Shown: piece by piece, positions 38,372 through 48,809 of the stretch
Layout: every line of letters starts with the position of its first letter
Position numbering within the stretch: the stretch's first letter is position 1
Assembly (NCBI GenBank): GCA_040217195.1
Contig: JAVJNR010000008.1
Coordinates: 540,198-604,197 of the forward strand
Direction: 5' to 3'
Length of the DNA: 64,000 nt
Source: Leptospiraceae bacterium
GTDB lineage: Bacteria > Spirochaetota > Leptospiria > Leptospirales > Leptonemataceae
Position numbers and translations under genes: made by a program
The notes under the pieces: generated by a model
What the model was told of the DNA's origin: nothing
The model's input: the letters and a program-made list of their open reading frames with translations, nothing else
Database searches by the model: none

Positions 38372-41300
38372 ATGACTGAAATCATTATCTTCTTTTTAGG
38401 TACCGTTGGTACAATCCTAACTTTTGCTGCATTTTTTATCCCTATCTATCTATTATTCAAAGTCTCCTCCCTGTCCAGGCGAGTCCGGGAACTGGAAAAC
38501 CAGATTTCTTCGCCAGCCGGCCAGAGCATGGTCCGGGAGCCAGAGCCGCCGACTTTTACCGCGGAGCAATCCTATTCTCGCAGAGAGCCATCAGGCGTTA
38601 CGGTTATTGAACAGAGCAAACAAGATACTCCGGCTGCAGAGTCCGCCTCTGCAGCCCGCTACATGGAAAGCCAGGGAAGAAACGCAACAGCCATCCCAAC
38701 CAGTCCTCAGGAAAGAGAAGTAGAATCGCCAGCAGTTCCCCCTCCTCCCACGGCATTTGAGCTGGGCTGGAAAAAGCTGGAGGCTGCACTGGCTGAAAAT
38801 TGGACCGGAATCCTGGGTACCATTATACTCGTAGTTGGCGTTGCCTTTCTGGGTGTGTATGCAGCACTCAAAATGGGACCGTTCTTACGCTTCCTGATGG
38901 TTCTGGGCATTGCAGCAGGACTGTTCGCAGCATCCGTCTATCTGGCCAGGAAAGAACACTGGAGACCCCTGGCCGTATGGATTCGTAGCGGATCGGGAGC
39001 CATCCTGCTTCTGGCCTGTCTGGGATCCGCTCTTTTCCCTGCCATGCGATGGGTTCATGATGAGAACCTGGCTCTTCTACTGATTTTGTTTGGAGTAGGC
39101 GCAAACCTGGCCCTGGCCTGGTGGTCTTCCGTTCAAACGGTGGCCTCAATTCATACGGCAATCAGTATACTTGCACTCTTGATCCTTCCAAAAAGTCCTC
39201 TTTTATACTCCATCATCGCAGGAATCAGTATTTTCAGTACATACCTTTCCTATCGGGCCAGATGGGAATTCCATTTGCTACAGGCAGTATCCGTTTTCTT
39301 TCTTGCGAACCTGGTTTATGGAATGCATTACGGGGCTCCAAACAACGAAATCCACGGTGGAATTCGCTGGATTGGACTGTTTTCTACCGGTGCAGTATCG
39401 GTACTTGCATTACTACTGCATTATCGTTCTCGTTATGGAAATAAATCCTTCGAACGATGGCCTTTCATTTCGCATATAGTCACCTGGGCTACAGCGGCTC
39501 TTGGATTTGCACTCTACAGTAGTGGGTCCAGGATCAATACCATCGTTCTATTTTCAGTGGCTCTGGCTGTTTACCTGCATGCGCGCAGGGCGAGGAATTC
39601 CAAAATTCGCTGGCTGTATCATACAGACTCCATAATGGCATTGCTGATTAGCCTTCTTGGTGCATTAACTTTGCAAAGATGGGAATGGGACCTGCTGGCT
39701 TCAGGACTGGTATGCACAGCACTGATGCTTGCATTCTCGGTGGCCGCCAGCATGGAAAGAGAAACTCTATTAAAGGGAGTCGGTGTTATTCTACTTCACA
39801 TCGCCTGGGTTTTTCTCTCGGTTATCTTTTTCGCAGAGCTAACTTCCCATCGATTGTGGTATCAATCCGGTATACTGCTTGCCTCCCTTATTCTCTCTCT
39901 GGCCTATATCTGGTTTGACAGGCATAGAATTAATGAAGAGGAGCGACTGGATGCATCCCTGGGATTATCCGCTGGAAGTCCGTTATCTTTTTCGGGAGTG
40001 TTTTCGGGCATTTTCGTTCTGCTTCTTGCCATTACGCTTCGTAACGTAGAGAATGCAGAGTATTACATCTCCGGCCTGTCTCTGGCTCTACTCTTTAGCC
40101 TGCATGGATTCAAGCTAAATCAGCTCTCTTCAGCAGTACTACCGGTTTTATTTGGATTACATTTCCTGGTATTCTATCGAGCCTATGACCAGTCTCCAGG
40201 GTTGCAGGTCTTTACCGATGCCCCACTGCTCATCTTATTTCTGGCAGGCATTCTTCTGGCACCCATGAATATTCCTGGCAAGCAACCATGGGTTCAAAGC
40301 AGGTTATTCGCAGTGCTTCTGATCATTCACGTAATCGCATTGACCTATATTCTGTCCAGTCCCCATTCCAGTCTTCTACCGGGAGTACTGTGGCTATCTC
40401 TTTCCATCGCTTTTCTGGAAATCGATCGCTGGTCTGTGTCCGGAAAATCAAAACTACTCTCTGGAATCCAGCTTGCCCGGCCAGTGTGGTTTCTGGGCGC
40501 CCTATCCATGGTACTTCTGTTTTTAATTTCGCATCTATTCGTGCATCTTCAGAGCGAAACCCTTCTGGGGCCTATTAGAGCCAGGCTCTTGATTCAGATC
40601 TACGCCATATCTGTATTTCTATACTGGGCCATGACCGGCCCTCTGGTTCAGAAATCCGATACTGGCATCCTTTCCAGGTTCGCAACGGTCTTCTGGGAGC
40701 TGGTAATCCTGTTTTTATCTATGGCTGTAGCCCTGGAAATGGGGCCGGTCTGGCTGCCTGTAATCTGGATCCTTCTGGCCGGGCTACTACGTTATTCTAT
40801 AGTCTGGAGCATCATTCCAGGCCGATTCGAGATCTATTCAATATTCTTTTTCTGGGCCTCGGTCATCCATACAGCGGTTGTTTCGAGCACTTATGCAACT
40901 CCTTCGAATTTCCTGGCAGACCAGGCATGGTTTGGCGGACTGATTGCAGTTGCCGGGCAACTAATCTATCTGCTCCTGCAGTATTCTCCATATCTGGGGC
41001 ATAGAGAGCGCAATACGCCGATTGACTGGCTGAGCCAGAGATTCCAGCGCTTCCAGACCGTAGCGGACCGAAAGGAGCTTTCGATTTTCTATCCACTGTT
41101 TCTGTCTGTTGCTCTATTTCTATTCTGGAGCTTCGATAGTTCATTGCTCACCCTGTTCTGGATGATTGAAGTATTTGTTGTATTTATCATTGGACTTCGA
41201 CTGAACCAGGACCACTTCCGATATGTTGCACAGATTGCCATGGTAATCTGCTTAATTCGTCTGATATTTTTTGATTTGAGCCAGTCCAGCGTCGCAATGC

Positions 41301-41398
41301 AAGCGTTTGTATTTCTGGGAGTTGGTGGTATCATGATTCTAATGAATGTAATCTACCGTAGATTTCGCTCGAATCAGAGCCCCTCTGATAAAACCTAG
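38372..41398 (+). CDS. very large polytopic membrane protein, DUF2339-like
   Basis: 1008 aa. N-terminal TM plus a short coiled segment (SSLSRRVRELENQIS), a Pro/Ser-rich spacer, then more than 20 TM helices. Architecture is typical of DUF2339 (from memory). Confidence 0.6.
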   Translation: MTEIIIFFLGTVGTILTFAAFFIPIYLLFKVSSLSRRVRELENQISSPAGQSMVREPEPPTFTAEQSYSRREPSGVTVIEQSKQDTPAAESASAARYMESQGRNATAIPTSPQEREVESPAVPPPPTAFELGWKKLEAALAENWTGILGTIILVVGVAFLGVYAALKMGPFLRFLMVLGIAAGLFAASVYLARKEHWRPLAVWIRSGSGAILLLACLGSALFPAMRWVHDENLALLLILFGVGANLALAWWSSVQTVASIHTAISILALLILPKSPLLYSIIAGISIFSTYLSYRARWEFHLLQAVSVFFLANLVYGMHYGAPNNEIHGGIRWIGLFSTGAVSVLALLLHYRSRYGNKSFERWPFISHIVTWATAALGFALYSSGSRINTIVLFSVALAVYLHARRARNSKIRWLYHTDSIMALLISLLGALTLQRWEWDLLASGLVCTALMLAFSVAASMERETLLKGVGVILLHIAWVFLSVIFFAELTSHRLWYQSGILLASLILSLAYIWFDRHRINEEERLDASLGLSAGSPLSFSGVFSGIFVLLLAITLRNVENAEYYISGLSLALLFSLHGFKLNQLSSAVLPVLFGLHFLVFYRAYDQSPGLQVFTDAPLLILFLAGILLAPMNIPGKQPWVQSRLFAVLLIIHVIALTYILSSPHSSLLPGVLWLSLSIAFLEIDRWSVSGKSKLLSGIQLARPVWFLGALSMVLLFLISHLFVHLQSETLLGPIRARLLIQIYAISVFLYWAMTGPLVQKSDTGILSRFATVFWELVILFLSMAVALEMGPVWLPVIWILLAGLLRYSIVWSIIPGRFEIYSIFFFWASVIHTAVVSSTYATPSNFLADQAWFGGLIAVAGQLIYLLLQYSPYLGHRERNTPIDWLSQRFQRFQTVADRKELSIFYPLFLSVALFLFWSFDSSLLTLFWMIEVFVVFIIGLRLNQDHFRYVAQIAMVICLIRLIFFDLSQSSVAMQAFVFLGVGGIMILMNVIYRRFRSNQSPSDKT

Positions 41399-41430
41399 CC
41401 ATTCGCTGTTCTAAAATTGGAGATTCTTTT

Positions 41431-42321
41431 ATGCCAGTACGCTTCTTTGCCTTTATCGCAATCCTGGTTTCAGGAATATTTTTATCTGCCGGGCTATTCT
41501 TCACCAGAGAAAGACAGCTTCCTCCCACAGCAGCGCCACTGTTTGAGTTACTGGGTAAGCCTCTGAAAACCGCTGACGTGGCGCTTACTCGTATACTCCC
41601 CATCAATGAAGTTGACGAAGCGGAACTGGGAAATGCCATCGCTCTGCGCTATGAGGCCTACAGAGATCCAGATAATCCAGACCAGAAATACCTGGAAAGC
41701 CTGGTACGTAGCCTTTCGCAGAACAATGAAAAAGGCTTCAACTACAGAGTCTTTATTCTACCCTATAGCTCTCCCAATGCCGCTGCAGCTCCAGGAGGAG
41801 TCTTGTTCGTAACCAGTGGATTGCTGGAACTGGTAGAAACTGAGTCAGAGCTGGTCTCTGTACTCGGTCATGAAATTGGACATGTGGAACTATCCCATTG
41901 CATGGACATGGTTCGATTTCAACTGCTGGCACAGAAAATAGAGGCACGCCCTCTGGGCGAAATCGCTGACCTGTCTGTTGGCATACTGCTTCGACCTTCT
42001 TTCAGTAAGACCCAGGAAGGGGATGCAGACCTTTACGGATATCAGATGCTAATTCGAGAAAACTATAATCCCTTTGGTATGGCCAATGCATTTGATAAGC
42101 TAGCTTCCCTGAATCCGGATGAAATGGAAGAATCCAACCCATTGAAAGAATACTTTAGAAGTCATCCCTATTCCAGGCTTCGAGCCGAGAGGTTCCGGGC
42201 AGAGGCCAGAAGTTCCGAAGTGGAACGGTATTACATTGGAAAGAAAAACCTTCAGGAAAGGTTAAGCAGGTACGAAACTGAATATCCGGAGGAATGGGAA
42301 GGAGAAAAAGAAGTAGATTGA
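41431..42321 (+). CDS. M48-family zinc metallopeptidase
   Basis: N-terminal TM helix. HEIGHVELSH zinc motif with a downstream E/D. 32 nt after the DUF2339-like gene. Confidence 0.8.
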   Translation: MPVRFFAFIAILVSGIFLSAGLFFTRERQLPPTAAPLFELLGKPLKTADVALTRILPINEVDEAELGNAIALRYEAYRDPDNPDQKYLESLVRSLSQNNEKGFNYRVFILPYSSPNAAAAPGGVLFVTSGLLELVETESELVSVLGHEIGHVELSHCMDMVRFQLLAQKIEARPLGEIADLSVGILLRPSFSKTQEGDADLYGYQMLIRENYNPFGMANAFDKLASLNPDEMEESNPLKEYFRSHPYSRLRAERFRAEARSSEVERYYIGKKNLQERLSRYETEYPEEWEGEKEVD

Positions 42322-42342
42322 ATCTGCTTCTTCATTCGCTGA

Positions 42343-43131
42343 CTATTTCTTCGCTTTTTTCAATTCGGCAATGTGGGCCTGGCATCGTTTCATGTTTTCT
42401 TCCATGGCCTTCTGCACCCGATTCTTTTGCTCTTCAAATTCGATTTCGTTAAGTTTCCCTGGAACATAGATGGGCTCACCATAGGAAACCACAACTCGAG
42501 TGAATGGCTTGGGTACACGATGCTTATCCCAGGCTTTCTCTGCAATCCATTGACGTACCCCTTCATAGTGGAATGGAACGATAGGCTTTCCGGACATCAT
42601 GGCAGCCATTATTAAGCCACTCTGAACCTGAAAGGCCGGACCTCGGGGCCCATCTGGAGTGATGGCAGCCGGCTGTCCTTTCTTCAGGGCTACCACGCAA
42701 TTCTTCAGCGCGCGCATGCCCCCTTTACTTGTGGATCCTCGAATGGCGAAATTCCCGAATTTTCTTACTACTTTTGTGATCATTTCCCCATCTTTGGAGT
42801 CACTGATCATTACATTGGCTTTCATTCCCCGGTTCAAATAGGGAGAGAATAGTACATTCGTATGCCAGATTCCATAGATCCAGGCCTTTCCGCTTTTATG
42901 GATTTCATTAAATGGCTGGCGCCCAATGTCAATCCTGCGCCAGGTGAGTCCCCACAGCCGCTGCAGATTTACAACAATGAATGGTAGAATCCAGACCTTA
43001 AGACCTCGCTTGGCCGCACCGTCAGGCTTCTCCATCTTTTCTGGTTTAACCGCGCCTTCCTGCCCTGACTCAGGCTCTAAAGCCTGCGCACTGGATACAG
43101 CAACGGACTGGTCTCTGGTCTTTTCTCCCAT
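42343..43131 (-). CDS. DUF374 (lysophospholipid-acyltransferase-like) protein
   Basis: SDSKDGEMITKVV..FAIRGSTSKGGMRAL....AITPDGPRGP is the DUF374 signature. Start is uncertain (ATG 43131 or 43035; the track ORF extends to 43263). Confidence 0.65.
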   Translation of the reverse strand: MGEKTRDQSVAVSSAQALEPESGQEGAVKPEKMEKPDGAAKRGLKVWILPFIVVNLQRLWGLTWRRIDIGRQPFNEIHKSGKAWIYGIWHTNVLFSPYLNRGMKANVMISDSKDGEMITKVVRKFGNFAIRGSTSKGGMRALKNCVVALKKGQPAAITPDGPRGPAFQVQSGLIMAAMMSGKPIVPFHYEGVRQWIAEKAWDKHRVPKPFTRVVVSYGEPIYVPGKLNEIEFEEQKNRVQKAMEENMKRCQAHIAELKKAKK

Positions 43132-43324
43132 GACACATGGGAAAAAAATGCCACTTTCGTGCAAACCACAATTCCCTTGCTTCTGTTCTACACGGAGATC
43201 CAGAGCCGCACCCGCTTGAATCCAAATTCTTCCTCGCACAGAAATAGATGGAATCATTTCCATTTTGGAAACAATACCCTGGTTCCGATTGCAATTTTAT
43301 GCCCGAAGATTTTCCTGACCCTCA

Positions 43325-43642
43325 ATGTTGATCTGTCGACCTTCTCTTTGTTTTAGTCTGGCTCTTCTAATTGTGCCTCTGAGTTGCGATACATCGAACG
43401 ATGACTCGGTCCAGATAGAAAACCAGGACATGCGTACCGTTACTGCGGCCAGCGGACTCGTACTGCGCGAAAAACCCAACACTACGTCCACGAAACTCGC
43501 ACTGATACCTGAGGGAACGAAAGTTCAGGTGCTGGAGGAGAAATCCGAATCGGAGCAGATCGGAAATGTCACCGGCAAATGGACACGAATCAATCACAAT
43601 GGAATCAGAGGCTGGGTTTTCGGAGCCTATCTGGAGCAGTAG
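43325..43642 (+). CDS. small SH3b-domain lipoprotein
   Basis: Lipobox LIVPLSC. The C-terminal GLVLREKPNTTSTKLALIPEGTKVQVL...WTRINHNGIRGWVFGAYL looks like SH3_3. Confidence 0.7.
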   Translation: MLICRPSLCFSLALLIVPLSCDTSNDDSVQIENQDMRTVTAASGLVLREKPNTTSTKLALIPEGTKVQVLEEKSESEQIGNVTGKWTRINHNGIRGWVFGAYLEQ

Positions 43643-43720
43643 ATTTCCAGTCCCACGGGTCCGGGTTCCAGGCCATTGATTTAGATCGCTTACTTCGCCC
43701 GCATAATATCTCAGGGCGCC

Positions 43721-46402
43721 TCACTGAGTAAAAGTGGTATCGCTAAGCAGAAAGAAATCCACATGACCGTTCATGGGAACACCAGGAATACGAATCTGGT
43801 TTCCCACGCCCATTGTTCGCAGCTGCTGGTAGGTAAATAACATCAGAGCATTCTCTTGTACATAGCGATCCAATTCTTTAAGAGCCTTTTCATGCTCCGC
43901 CGGATCTGCCTTCTTCATGGCAGCTTCGTATACGGAATCGTAGTCCGGATCGCTTAGAAGAGAGAACAATCCAGCAGAGGATAGAAAAAGCCCTGCATGA
44001 AAGGCCATGGTATAAACCGGATTGTCCACCATGTTGAATGCAATGTCGCCTTCGTATGGATTGCCCATGACTTTACCCACAACAACCCTTTCGGCCCATT
44101 TAGGACGGGAGACCACTTCAAGCTCCAATTCCACTGAAATTGTGGCAAGTTGCTCTTTTACAGTCCGGGCAACGTGCTCGGCAACGTCCGAGGTAATCGC
44201 TCTGAGACTAAAACCCTGCTCATATCCAGCCTCTTTCATCAGCTTTCGCGCCTTTCGCAGATCGTAGTCATACGGCTTTAGCTGATCATTGGCTCCAAAG
44301 GAACCCTTCAATCCCAGAGAGGACAGTGGCTCTCCATTTCCATTCTCTGCGCTCTGAATTAAGGCTTTTCGGTCGATGGCAAAATTCAGGGCCTGGCGGA
44401 TACGAACATCAGCAAGCGCTCCCTGATTTTTTAAGAATACCCAGGGACTTTGCAATACCAGTCGTTTCTGAATATTTGCCACATCGGAACTTGCCAGAAG
44501 GTTTTCTTTACTTCCGGACAGATAGGGAACCAGATCCACCTCACCGGCCAGTAAGCGATCGGCCCATCGACGCTCGGGCAGAATTTTGATCTCCAGCTCC
44601 TGGGCGGCGGGAAAACCCTTTCTCCAGTAGCGGGCATTTCGCTTAAGCCTGTATCTTTGCCCGGGTTCATGATCAATAAATTCAAAAGGACCGGTGCCCA
44701 CTGGATGTTTTAAAGCTTTTTCCAGGCCGACCTTCTTAACGTAGCGGCTGGAGCTAATCAATCCAAACATGGTAAGACGGTTCAAGATCATTCCATCTGG
44801 CTCTTGTGTGCGAATGATTACTGTGCGGGGATCCTTTATTTCCACGGACTGGATAGTAGACATGATCCATCCAGTACCGCTTCCGGTGGTCGGATCCAGG
44901 ATGGTATCCAGAGTAAATTTTACATCGCTTGCATCGAATGGACTACCGTCATGAAACCTCACTCCAGAGCGTAATCTGAACTCATAGGATCTATCATCCA
45001 ATTGCTTCCAGGAAGTGGCCAGTCCAGGTACCATATTTCCATCCAGATCGTTGTGAATCAGACTGTCATAAATTTGACTCTTAAGCGAATAAGAGTCAGG
45101 ATCAAAGGATGGACTGAGGGTGCTCAATGCCGGGACATCTCCAGAGAACATTGTAACTGAAAGAGTATTCTTCTTTCTTTCCTTCGTACGCTTTCGTTCC
45201 GAAATTCGAACTACATCTCCTTTTGTCTTTTGAACAATATCTTTTAGCTCCTCGCTATTTACTGAAACCTTGTGAACTGATTCCGAAGCCTCCAGCGATA
45301 ATTGATATGATTTATCCAGTCTGGATATTATATCTTTGATACTGAGTGCCTGCTCATCGGAAAGGTCCTTAATATTTGCACCACCGGAAGCAATACTGTG
45401 CACTGCACTGGTGATCTCTTCCATAGTGCTGGCATGATGGCCCATGGCACCGGAAATGTGTTCAATTCTATCCCGAGTTGTATGAACGGATTGCGCAATT
45501 GTTCCCAGAGTCTCCACCATTTCCTTCGCACTTTCCACGGCGGATCCAACATCAGATGAGGCATTGTTTACTTCTGCGGAGAGATTGTTCATCTCCTTTC
45601 GAGTGCCCTGGATCAATTGATGAATGGCCCGGGTGGAATCCTGGGATTTCTCGGCCAGCTTCTTAACTTCATCAGCAACCACGGCAAAGCCCCTACCAGC
45701 ATCACCCGCTCGGGCTGCTTCAATAGCAGCGTTAAGGCTCAAAAGATTAGTCTGCTCGGAGATATCATCTATGACTTTCGTAATCTGTCCCACTTCCTCA
45801 ATGGACTGACCGAGCTTACGAATCTGTTTCTGAATGCTTTCGAATACAGCAGTAATGGAGGCAACATTCTGGCGGTTGCGCTCCATAAGTTCACCGCCCC
45901 GAGCGGCCCTTTCGCTCATGGTACGCGCCGCCTCGGATGTTTCGGTAGCGTTGCGAACAACTTCCTGAATGGTTTCCGATACGGACTGAATTGCAGTGGA
46001 TGTTTCTTCTGTGGACCCGGTCTGATCCCCAACCTGATCCACCGCTTTTTGGGCCAGATCATTTAGGCCGCCCAGTCTCTCCTGAACTTCCATTACACTG
46101 TTAATCTGATGGTTCACGGCTTCCTGAATAATACTCACATCATCGGCAAGGTTAATAACGTATGTTTCCAGCCGTTGAGCTGTGGTTCTTAAATCTCTTA
46201 CACGATGCAGGTTACGGCGCTCATCGCCGCGAAAACGTTGAAGAAGAAATACTATGGACAGAAAGAATAACCCAATGGCTGTGCTTTTGAGGAGCAGCCA
46301 TTGCCAGCCAGGAAGCCATCCCGGTTCTATGTACCATCCAATATCTACGACCATCCCGGTAGCTGCAATTAGGCCCGCCAGAATGTAATGCTTAACCCTC
46401 AT
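43721..46402 (-). CDS. chimeric chemoreceptor: 2 TM + MCP signalling domain + C-terminal family-5 solute-binding-protein domain
   Basis: One continuous 893-aa ORF. TM1 aa 6-24 and TM2 aa 34-55. MA hairpin [38 protein letters not shown]. From aa ~413 come SBP_bac_5 signatures: [59 protein letters not shown] and [13 protein letters not shown]. Confidence 0.85.
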   Translation of the reverse strand: MRVKHYILAGLIAATGMVVDIGWYIEPGWLPGWQWLLLKSTAIGLFFLSIVFLLQRFRGDERRNLHRVRDLRTTAQRLETYVINLADDVSIIQEAVNHQINSVMEVQERLGGLNDLAQKAVDQVGDQTGSTEETSTAIQSVSETIQEVVRNATETSEAARTMSERAARGGELMERNRQNVASITAVFESIQKQIRKLGQSIEEVGQITKVIDDISEQTNLLSLNAAIEAARAGDAGRGFAVVADEVKKLAEKSQDSTRAIHQLIQGTRKEMNNLSAEVNNASSDVGSAVESAKEMVETLGTIAQSVHTTRDRIEHISGAMGHHASTMEEITSAVHSIASGGANIKDLSDEQALSIKDIISRLDKSYQLSLEASESVHKVSVNSEELKDIVQKTKGDVVRISERKRTKERKKNTLSVTMFSGDVPALSTLSPSFDPDSYSLKSQIYDSLIHNDLDGNMVPGLATSWKQLDDRSYEFRLRSGVRFHDGSPFDASDVKFTLDTILDPTTGSGTGWIMSTIQSVEIKDPRTVIIRTQEPDGMILNRLTMFGLISSSRYVKKVGLEKALKHPVGTGPFEFIDHEPGQRYRLKRNARYWRKGFPAAQELEIKILPERRWADRLLAGEVDLVPYLSGSKENLLASSDVANIQKRLVLQSPWVFLKNQGALADVRIRQALNFAIDRKALIQSAENGNGEPLSSLGLKGSFGANDQLKPYDYDLRKARKLMKEAGYEQGFSLRAITSDVAEHVARTVKEQLATISVELELEVVSRPKWAERVVVGKVMGNPYEGDIAFNMVDNPVYTMAFHAGLFLSSAGLFSLLSDPDYDSVYEAAMKKADPAEHEKALKELDRYVQENALMLFTYQQLRTMGVGNQIRIPGVPMNGHVDFFLLSDTTFTQ

Positions 46403-46650
46403 ACCCTCTCCCTTCAGAACTTCAGGACCTGAATTATTAGTCCGGAAAGGAAATGCGTCAAGATTCTTTTGTCCAGGGTACTAAAAACCTAAAGAAAACG
46501 TCCTAGATTATACCAGTAGAAACTAGGAGGGAACCTACAGACAGTTCATGTCCGTACTCTCCGGGTTAAGGTTTGCCAAGGCGTATTTACATTGAGTATG
46601 AATCTCAAAGATTTCTATTGGCTGTATGCTAGTAACAGGAGGGCTGGATC

Positions 46651-46800
46651 ATGACAGGCAGTACTGCCGATTTCCCTCCGTGCCCGCAACTATGGGCCCG
46701 GAATACAGGTTTCAATCTCTCACAGAATGACAGTCCACGCAAACGGCAACTTGGTTGGCAAGGTATCGACCTCGCTCTATGGATTCCGAGCTATTGTTAG
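46651..46800 (+). CDS. possible 49-aa small ORF
   Basis: ATG preceded by AGGAGG, 8 nt upstream. Below the ORF-track cut-off. No recognisable family. Lies in a 657-bp ORF-free spacer. Confidence 0.2.
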   Translation: MTGSTADFPPCPQLWARNTGFNLSQNDSPRKRQLGWQGIDLALWIPSYC

Positions 46801-47059
46801 CTTCAAAGTCCGGATAACCCTCTCAGGGTAAGTCCAAAAACAGATAGAGAAGCAGTGCACAAATTCAAGCAATGAAAAGGAAAACCATACCCGCGTCTAG
46901 CTTCTTCATGCAAACAGGCATCCCGGATATGAAATTCGGTCAACTGAGAACCATTGGGACCTGGAGTTCTGGAAGCGAAAATTATGAAGCGAGCATTTGG
47001 TAGTTCCGAAAAGGGGCAGACCCTTCCAGTCAAAGCCCCTTCCCCGCTTGACTATTCGC

Positions 47060-47548
47060 TTAATTCAATCCCTTTAGTTTGGGCAAAAATTGCTTAAGTG
47101 CTTCCTTTTCAACCTTTGGTCCGGAATAGTCTTCCATTGCATCCAGATCGAAAGTTAAAATAAAATCCCGGAGAACTTCAGTCTTTCGATAGGCAGGGGC
47201 TTTACTATCTCCTATCAAGCGAATCTCAAATCGATTACCAACCAGCATCCAAATATGCATATCCTTCGCCACTTTCGCAGGATACGGAAGCAATTCCGGG
47301 GCGGAACGACCGTTGTAACTATCGATGGTCTTTTGATCGTCTACCTGATCAAATAATTGAAACCAGATCACCCTTTTATCGGTCCCTGCTTCCATTACAT
47401 CTGCCTGTAAAAAGCCATAAGCCGATACTCGACCATACTCCAGGTCGTCCAGATCTATACTACCAGATCCTCCACCTGAAGTGCTACATCCCAGGGACAA
47501 CAGCAATACTAGTAGTAAATACCCCGCTCTTTTCATGAATTCTGGCAT
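47060..47548 (-). CDS. hypothetical lipoprotein
   Basis: ATG 47548 with AGGAGA upstream gives MPEFMKRAGYLLLVLLLSLGCSTSGGGSG (lipobox followed by a Gly/Ser linker). Confidence 0.6.
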   Translation of the reverse strand: MPEFMKRAGYLLLVLLLSLGCSTSGGGSGSIDLDDLEYGRVSAYGFLQADVMEAGTDKRVIWFQLFDQVDDQKTIDSYNGRSAPELLPYPAKVAKDMHIWMLVGNRFEIRLIGDSKAPAYRKTEVLRDFILTFDLDAMEDYSGPKVEKEALKQFLPKLKGLN

Positions 47549-47681
47549 TTCGTTCTCCTGATTTAAACTGGTCTGAAATTCCTTCCAAGGGCATTCTCTG
47601 GCAAGGGAAAATCTAAATTTGTGCGATGAGGTGCGACTGGGCGCACCGATTGCTAGATGCTTGCGAAATACCATAACCAAT

Positions 47682-48809
47682 TCAATTCCATTCGATAGTC
47701 TTAAGAAATTCTGGAAATGGCATCGGAGTCATCTCCTCTGCTGTGGCGCGATCTTTTCTAATATATGCTTTACTATTATGCTGCTTCTCGGCTCTGGAAA
47801 TCATATCAGAATCCGGTTTCGCTCCGGGTATCATTATTTCGTGCACCTCCCGAATGAATTCAATGGCCTGGTCGGAGTACCAGAGAAGGCCACTGCTTTG
47901 CTGATTCAAAAAGGTCGGATGCTGGAAAATATCCTTCCATTCTAAATCGAAGTATTCATGGAATATCTCTTCTCTAACCTTAAGCATGCCCGGTTCGCAT
48001 TCCTGCGTACGCTCAATGTTTTTTTGAGTCTGCGCCCTGGAGTTCACGCCGCCCATACCACACCATCGCTCATCATGAGGAGCAAAGCTGCAAAATGAAT
48101 CCACCCAGTCCTGCACCATGTCCAGCATTCGATCCCATCGGTCTTCAATGGCCTTCCAGAGTATCTGCCGTGGTTCGTATTCCCATTCAATTCTCTGCCT
48201 GGTAATTTCCCATTGTACAGGATCCGGATAACCGTAGGCGGATTTCTTCACCAGATCCTGGTATGCGGACCATTGCTTTGCGTACATTTCCTGATCCAGA
48301 GGGCGAAAAGAGATTTTTGCGCAATAAATATCGTACTGGATGGTGGGACCTGCCCGGGGACTATCCAGCCCCAGAAAAATACCCTTCTCTTCGCATTCTT
48401 TTAGAAACAGTGGATAGCTCAGACCGGATTTTCCTTTATCCACTACTTCCTGCAGAACCGGTACAGCATGGGCAGCCCCTGGCTCACTTTTGAGCGTGTT
48501 CAGTGCATCCTCGTAGGATTTCAGGGTATTGGCCATTAGCTCTGTATCGCTACTATCGCCATCTACCGACGTATTTGCTGCCAGGGCACGACCATAGGCA
48601 GTTGAGAAGTCGGTAAACAATCCATCTACGCTGAGTTTTGTGGAATAAGCTGCCAGGTCATCCATTTCCCGGGCCAGTTGCTCCATCTTTTCCAACACTG
48701 CATAACATTCCCGGGCGTCCTCAGTATCGTTACCTGCATCTTTTAGCTGCTGGGCCATGCCTCGATAGGTACCCAGCATGGAGTCTGCCATTGTCGGATC
48801 CAGGGGCAT
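47682..48809 (-). CDS. hypothetical cytoplasmic protein (375 aa, Trp/acidic-rich)
   Basis: Long ORF whose ATG overlaps the upstream gene's stop (TAATG). No signal peptide. No motif recognised. Confidence 0.6.
   Translation of the reverse strand: MPLDPTMADSMLGTYRGMAQQLKDAGNDTEDARECYAVLEKMEQLAREMDDLAAYSTKLSVDGLFTDFSTAYGRALAANTSVDGDSSDTELMANTLKSYEDALNTLKSEPGAAHAVPVLQEVVDKGKSGLSYPLFLKECEEKGIFLGLDSPRAGPTIQYDIYCAKISFRPLDQEMYAKQWSAYQDLVKKSAYGYPDPVQWEITRQRIEWEYEPRQILWKAIEDRWDRMLDMVQDWVDSFCSFAPHDERWCGMGGVNSRAQTQKNIERTQECEPGMLKVREEIFHEYFDLEWKDIFQHPTFLNQQSSGLLWYSDQAIEFIREVHEIMIPGAKPDSDMISRAEKQHNSKAYIRKDRATAEEMTPMPFPEFLKTIEWN

Noticed and set aside
46436-46460. SRP-RNA-like GUCCGGAAAGGAA.
   Set aside because: The loop is 5 nt rather than the GGAA tetraloop. 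The flanking conserved AGCAGC and symmetric-loop sequences are absent.
46725-46813. RNase P RNA-like motifs: GAATGACAGTCCACG (46725-46739) resembles the E. coli M1 3' region GAAUGACUGUCCACG, and AAAGTCCGG (46805-46813) resembles CR-I.
   Set aside because: The order is wrong, with the CR-V-like motif 5' of the CR-I-like one. The universal GAGGAAAGUCCGGGC and ACAGAACCCGGCUUA are not present. I could not form a P4 pairing. The segments are too close together for a bacterial type A RNA. It should still be settled by an Rfam covariance scan.
46803-47033. 76-aa minus-strand ORF in the long spacer.
   Set aside because: It has a TTG start, no SD, and no recognisable family.
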